From a virus, in IMG/VR virus record IMGVR_UViG_3300032249_001455, positions 1-64,000 of that record: DNA of 64,000 bases. One strand, 5' to 3'. The stretch's first letter is position 1, and every line of letters starts with the position of its first letter. Positions 59,876 through 64,000 of this stretch are shown piece after piece. Made by a program: the position numbers and the translations under genes. The notes below the pieces were generated by a model. The model was not told where the DNA came from. It searched no databases and saw nothing but the letters and a program-made list of their open reading frames with translations.

Positions 59876-60181
59876 ATGGATTATGAGAAAATTGCCCGCG
59901 CCTTCAAGGAGTTGGCGTATAGGGCGAATGGCCTCCGGTTGGAGAGCTCCGAAGCCGGCGAGACCTTCACCTGGGTGGGCGACGGGCTTCCTCAAAAATG
60001 GAAGAGTCTCAAGGAGCTGGAAGTTTACTTTGAAGGCGTGGGTGGCAAGGTAACACCGTACGCCGAAAAAAGAGAAGGCTACCTTGTTGTGAACATAAGT
60101 GAGGACGAATGGATGCCGCAAGTTTTAGAAGTCCCCATGGAATTCGCCATGAAGGTCCTGACGCTAGGAGGATTCCCGTGA
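59876..60181 (+). CDS. LGxP-motif paralogue 7
   Basis: VPMEFAMKVLTLGGFP. Confidence 0.8.
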   Translation: MDYEKIARAFKELAYRANGLRLESSEAGETFTWVGDGLPQKWKSLKELEVYFEGVGGKVTPYAEKREGYLVVNISEDEWMPQVLEVPMEFAMKVLTLGGFP

Positions 60182-60501
60182 AGTGGGACAAGGAATCGCT
60201 TGAGAAGGTGACTACGATCCTTGCCGACCTCCCGCTGGAGAAGTGGCGCGAATTCAGCCAGGAAATGGACGCACGGGACGCAATTACATCCTCTTGGGCG
60301 GCGACGGTCTGGCCCTGTCCCGTCGGAACCGCGCACATAAGCCAGGGGCATGACCCCAAGCCAGCATACCTGAAGTTGACAAACAAAGTCGTGATAAGGA
60401 ATCCGTTCCCGCACCACCACTTTGTGATAGCCACCACTCCCTACATCGAGGTGGATGCCGACATGGCGATGAAGGTCCTCGTATTGGGAGGTGTCCCTTG
60501 A
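60178..60501 (+). CDS. LGxP-motif paralogue 8
   Basis: WREF, NP, DMAMKVLVLGGVP; GTGA overlap. Confidence 0.8.
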   Translation: MKWDKESLEKVTTILADLPLEKWREFSQEMDARDAITSSWAATVWPCPVGTAHISQGHDPKPAYLKLTNKVVIRNPFPHHHFVIATTPYIEVDADMAMKVLVLGGVP

Positions 60502-60773
60502 AATTAGACTCCGATCAGTACTTCAAGCTCGCCCAGCTCCTAAATGACAAGTACAATCGCGACTTCTGGATGGACGACGAGGCGTGGAAGAAATACTTGA
60601 CTTCATTCGGCGGCGCCAGGATGGACACGAACAACCCCCGCATAAAGACGATCTTTTTTCAGACGCTCAATGACCCCGTCGTCGTTCTGGTGGACCCCAA
60701 CGACCTTGACTGTGTCTTGGCTATTCCCGACGAGATCGCCTTGAAGGCATTGGCGCTGGGCTGTTTCGCATGA
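60498..60773 (+). CDS. LGxP-motif paralogue 9
   Basis: LLNDKY, WKKYLTSFG, DP, IPDEIALKALALGCFA. Confidence 0.8.
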   Translation: MKLDSDQYFKLAQLLNDKYNRDFWMDDEAWKKYLTSFGGARMDTNNPRIKTIFFQTLNDPVVVLVDPNDLDCVLAIPDEIALKALALGCFA

Positions 60774-61138
60774 TGCTTGACACGGACAAGTTGTACCTCC
60801 TCCTTAACGACAAGTGGCTTGAGGTAGGTCTTCTTTGGCGCAGCGCCTTCCGGCGGCAGATCGGTCTCGACGGTTCTCCGGCCCGCCGCACGACCCACGG
60901 ACACGCCGAACGAAATCTGTGGGACGAATACCTGCGGGAGATGAACATAGTCCACCCCGCAGTAGAAGTTCATTTTCTCGGAAGGGAGACCGAACACTAC
61001 TTCGTCGAGAACCCGTCGGGGAAGGGGGGTTCAAGGGACATCTGGAAGTTGGGCATCCCCAAGGAGCTCGCCATGAAGGCCATTATTCTCGGATACTTCC
61101 CCGACAGCCCCTCGCTGGAACGCCTGAGGAACTCATGA
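60770..61138 (+). CDS. LGxP-motif paralogue 10
   Basis: KLYLLLNDK, WDEYL, IPKELAMKAIILGYFPDSPS. Confidence 0.8.
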   Translation: MMLDTDKLYLLLNDKWLEVGLLWRSAFRRQIGLDGSPARRTTHGHAERNLWDEYLREMNIVHPAVEVHFLGRETEHYFVENPSGKGGSRDIWKLGIPKELAMKAIILGYFPDSPSLERLRNS

Positions 61139-61524
61139 AGCGAAATTTCAAGATGGGGAAGGGCGAAAAGGACGCGACCCAGAAGATATACAAACTGCTT
61201 GACGACAGACTTTTGCGGATATCTGACGAGATATACGAGGAAAGCGACCCGGCCGAATCTAGCAAGTTAAGCATGGTTAAAATAGAGAAATTCTTTCAGC
61301 TGGAGTCCGCTTGGACGGCGTACCTTGAAGGATTGGGTCTCAAGAGGACAATGTGTTCGCACAAGGACTGGCGGCGCGAGGTCTCGATAGACAACTGCAG
61401 AATCAGCGACCCTCTCTGTGTCAGTATGTTCATCGATGTTCCAAAGGAACTAGCCCTGAAAGTCCTTGTTCTCGGATACCTTCCCGACAGCCCTTCAATC
61501 AAGAAGATGATTCAACCCGCATGA
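61135..61524 (+). CDS. LGxP-motif paralogue 11
   Basis: KIYKLLDDR, WTAYLEGLG, DP, VPKELALKVLVLGYLPDSPS. Confidence 0.8.
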   Translation: MKRNFKMGKGEKDATQKIYKLLDDRLLRISDEIYEESDPAESSKLSMVKIEKFFQLESAWTAYLEGLGLKRTMCSHKDWRREVSIDNCRISDPLCVSMFIDVPKELALKVLVLGYLPDSPSIKKMIQPA

Positions 61525-61913
61525 CAAAAGACAAAATTTACCACCTGCTCAACGAAAAACTCTTCAACATCGCCGATTTGCACTATCAAAACGCCGGCGC
61601 GGAATGGAGGACCGTAGAAAACAAAGAACTTTGGGAAACCTACCTAAAAGAGATGGGCATGGTCTTATTCGTACGATCAGGGTGGTTCAAGGAGAACGAT
61701 ATGGAGGACGAAATCGAGAACCTCTCCTTCTCGGACCTCCAAGGCCAGAAAGTTGACATTGAATGGATCAAAGAAAACCTTATAATAATCCAGGATCCGC
61801 TTGCGCAGTACCATAGAGTTGGCATCCCCAAGGAACTGGCCATGAGCGCCATGACCCTCGGATATTTCCCCGACAGCCCTTCAATTCAAAAGATGCGAGA
61901 ACGCAATGAATAG
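61521..61913 (+). CDS. LGxP-motif paralogue 12
   Basis: KIYHLLNEK, WETYLKEMG, DP, IPKELAMSAMTLGYFPDSPS. Confidence 0.8.
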   Translation: MTKDKIYHLLNEKLFNIADLHYQNAGAEWRTVENKELWETYLKEMGMVLFVRSGWFKENDMEDEIENLSFSDLQGQKVDIEWIKENLIIIQDPLAQYHRVGIPKELAMSAMTLGYFPDSPSIQKMRERNE

Positions 61914-62244
61914 CGAATCAATCAAGACCGAAGCTGCCCTCTTCATATTTTATATTTTTGTCGGACTGGTTCTTTTTCTTGTTGGTTGTATAGGCTTGTA
62001 TTTTGCTTTAAAGAGACAGCCGTCAAACCGAGAGACGCAGGTCTGTTCCGGTTGCGGTGCCGAATGGACTACACTCCACAAAGATCGGTTTTGGAAGCCT
62101 TCGGCCCCCATTACTCGTTGCCCGGAGTGCCCTATGACGGAAGAGGAGTTCGAGAAACTTAAGGAACAGGTTCGGCGAGGAGATAAGCCGGATCTGAAGA
62201 ATTTGCCGTCAATTACCCACCCCCTAAAGGGAGTGGGCTTGTAA
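61906..62244 (+). CDS. Membrane-anchored zinc-ribbon protein (C-terminus extended by mini-element 3)
   Basis: TM helix, CSGC...CPEC. Confidence 0.7.
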   Translation: MNSESIKTEAALFIFYIFVGLVLFLVGCIGLYFALKRQPSNRETQVCSGCGAEWTTLHKDRFWKPSAPITRCPECPMTEEEFEKLKEQVRRGDKPDLKNLPSITHPLKGVGL

Positions 62245-62334
62245 ATCACCGGAGCCTTCTCCACAGTGTCTACTATAAGCCAATTGACACATGGCTCGTT
62301 CCTCAACAGCTTGCCGTTTCCTTGCCGAATTCAG
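62208..62334 (-). mobile_element. Non-autonomous IS200/IS605-type mini-element 3 (127 bp), tnpB right-end-like
   Basis: On the minus strand follows TTCAT and ends caagcccactccc-ttta-gggggtgggtaattgac; removal restores the ttgccATGAac stop/start overlap. Confidence 0.8.
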
Positions 62335-62667
62335 ATGAACACTGACACTGCCATCTTGGAAACCAAGTTGTACGGTCTTCTGCTCAAGAAGTCGGAGGAA
62401 ATCTGCAGAAATAACTCGGCTAGGTGTCCGGCCTTCTGGACTCCTTCAATCATACATAAGTGGGCGGAATATCTTGAGGGCATTGGATGCTTAAAAATAG
62501 ATATCGTCCGTCCGCGGCGAGGGTGGAGCCATGCGAAGTACGCGAAATCCAAGGCCCCCGAAGGGACGCAGTGCATCGTGAACCCGGCGAATCTGGGCTT
62601 CCACAGCTTCGTTATCATCCCAAACGATCTTGCCCTGAAGGCTCTCGCCTTGGGAGGGTTCCCGTGA
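62335..62667 (+). CDS. LGxP-motif paralogue 13
   Basis: KLYGLLLKK, WAEYLEGIG, NP, IPNDLALKALALGGFP. Confidence 0.8.
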   Translation: MNTDTAILETKLYGLLLKKSEEICRNNSARCPAFWTPSIIHKWAEYLEGIGCLKIDIVRPRRGWSHAKYAKSKAPEGTQCIVNPANLGFHSFVIIPNDLALKALALGGFP

Positions 62668-63053
62668 GGGACAAAGTCTTCAAGCTCATCCTCTGCAGGA
62701 TTCAAGAAATGTCCACCTGGTACAGCAGGAACTTCAACTTCCACGACAGGGCTAAAATAGATGAATGGCCGTGCAGCCAATACTCCATGATCCAGAACTA
62801 CCTGGAGGAGATCGGATGCTCCCAAGTCCGATGCCCCAAGGAGGTCTTTTTGGAACTGAAGTACAGCCCCGGCGGCCGCAGGACCGCAGAACTCCTGAAC
62901 ATTAGCGAAGGGAAATTCTTCCTTTTGGCTCATCCTTGGGAGTCCACGACTCTAATCCTCATTCCGTACGAACTGGGCGTGAAGGCTGCCGCGCTCGGCG
63001 AGTTCCCAATCGGGCCAAAAACGTCTAGAATGCTCGGTCAGGGATTGAAATGA
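62664..63053 (+). CDS. LGxP-motif paralogue 14
   Basis: KVFKLIL, NYLEEIG, HP, IPYELGVKAAALGEFP. Confidence 0.78.
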   Translation: MRDKVFKLILCRIQEMSTWYSRNFNFHDRAKIDEWPCSQYSMIQNYLEEIGCSQVRCPKEVFLELKYSPGGRRTAELLNISEGKFFLLAHPWESTTLILIPYELGVKAAALGEFPIGPKTSRMLGQGLK

Positions 63054-63352
63054 TGTACCGTTTGTTCCTAGACGACATGAGAAACCCGCCCGACGAAGAT
63101 TGGATCGTCTGTCGGTCTACACAGGAAGCGGTGGAAATCATCAAGGAAAAAGGAATCCCCGACTTCATGAGCCTTGACCACGACCTTGGCGGAGAGGACA
63201 CGACCATGGTCTTCCTCAAAAGGCTCGTGGATGAAATCTGGGACGGCCAGTCCAAACCGCCCAAGTACCAAGTCCACAGCGCGAACCCGATAGGGACGCA
63301 GAATATAATCTCGTATATGGAATCTTGGATCAAATCAACTGGAGGCAAATGA
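63050..63352 (+). CDS. Cyclic-phosphate-processing receiver-domain protein
   Basis: LFLDD.R.P, SLDHDLG, HSANP.G motifs. Confidence 0.8.
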   Translation: MMYRLFLDDMRNPPDEDWIVCRSTQEAVEIIKEKGIPDFMSLDHDLGGEDTTMVFLKRLVDEIWDGQSKPPKYQVHSANPIGTQNIISYMESWIKSTGGK

Positions 63353-63678
63353 TGGGACAAACACGATCCGACGAGCCAGAAGGAAACGGAATCTTCATCG
63401 GGGCGGTCTTTGGCGTCTTCACAGTGATTTTCGTGATTTTTGTGACTTCAATGTTATGTTCCAAGTCAAAGATAGACCCAGAAACAACATATCAAGTATT
63501 TGATGTGACAGACAGCGTGGGCAAGACATACCGAAACCTGAAGCGCTTTGATGGAAACACATTTGTGGACTACCATAGAAACCTGTACAGTTTCCACGGG
63601 AACTACACCGTGATCAGCAGAAATGTCAGCGGCGAAGAGTTAATGATGGAAGTGGGCATAGAAAAGGAAAACCAATGA
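63349..63678 (+). CDS. Hypothetical membrane-anchored protein
   Basis: Single TM helix; GGAGG RBS. Confidence 0.65.
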   Translation: MMGQTRSDEPEGNGIFIGAVFGVFTVIFVIFVTSMLCSKSKIDPETTYQVFDVTDSVGKTYRNLKRFDGNTFVDYHRNLYSFHGNYTVISRNVSGEELMMEVGIEKENQ

Positions 63679-63827
63679 ACGGTGAAAAAGAATTGAAGAA
63701 CCTGAAGTCTTTGGTCAGGAGTTTCCTGAAGGAGATAGAATATGTCCCGATGCGAGCCGTAGACTGCGACCAGGACGAGATTGAAAGACTGATGGCGCAA
63801 CTCGCCGAGGCGGCTAAAGAGAGATGA
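63675..63827 (+). CDS. Small hypothetical protein
   Basis: ATGA overlap, 50 aa. Confidence 0.5.
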   Translation: MNGEKELKNLKSLVRSFLKEIEYVPMRAVDCDQDEIERLMAQLAEAAKER

Positions 63828-63880
63828 ACCCGACAGACCATCTGATTGGCAGGCAAGAGGACTTGGACTTTCTAGTGAAG

Positions 63881-64000
63881 ATGACTGAAAGTCTCTACAA
63901 AATGCTTGAGGAAAGACACCATGATCTCATGGTCTTCTTCGGGGATATTTGTTGCGACCCCCAACGCTGGCCGATACATCTGAAGCCGATATGGTACGGG
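63881..64000 (+). CDS. Probable LGxP-motif paralogue 15 (runs off window)
   Basis: MTESLYKMLEER...IWYG matches the family N-terminal and Trp motifs; C-terminus not visible. Confidence 0.45.
   Translation, partial: MTESLYKMLEERHHDLMVFFGDICCDPQRWPIHLKPIWYG

Noticed and set aside
1-64000. Alternative genetic code, tRNA or rRNA genes
   Set aside because: Recognisable genes are full length in the standard code and end in TAA, TAG or TGA; no cloverleaf or rRNA signature noticed by eye (tRNAscan not run).

Overview
A 64-kb segment of a large (jumbo/T4-like) dsDNA bacteriophage genome; no host can be assigned from sequence alone. Left to right: a Thr/Pro-repeat protein, CapK-like ligase, GT2 and secreted trypsin-like protease; a promoter-driven ~440-nt hairpin-rich non-coding region upstream of a short PolA that appears to lack its thumb, and a sigma-like protein; a glycosyltransferase/O-methyltransferase cluster; a replication-recombination block (guaC, DnaB/gp41 helicase, UvsY, glycosylase, gp32-like SSB, UvsX, intein-containing Hel308-like helicase); a Ser/Cys-rich protein, dNMP kinase, TnsA-like nuclease, HD protein and GTs; three large LamG/sulfotransferase tail-fibre-like genes; thyX, clpP, RNA ligase and a C5 DNA methyltransferase; then an accessory region. 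Three things stand out. (1) A tandem, mostly translationally coupled family of at least 14 short paralogues with variable cores and a conserved C-terminal IPxExAxKxLxLGxP motif. (2) Three 127-164 bp non-autonomous IS200/IS605-type mini-elements inserted without target duplication after TTTAT or TTCAT; exact removal restores the interrupted reading frames, and each retains a TnpB omegaRNA-like fold. (3) The structured non-coding region plus minimal PolA module. All product calls come from motif recognition by eye; no database searches were run.
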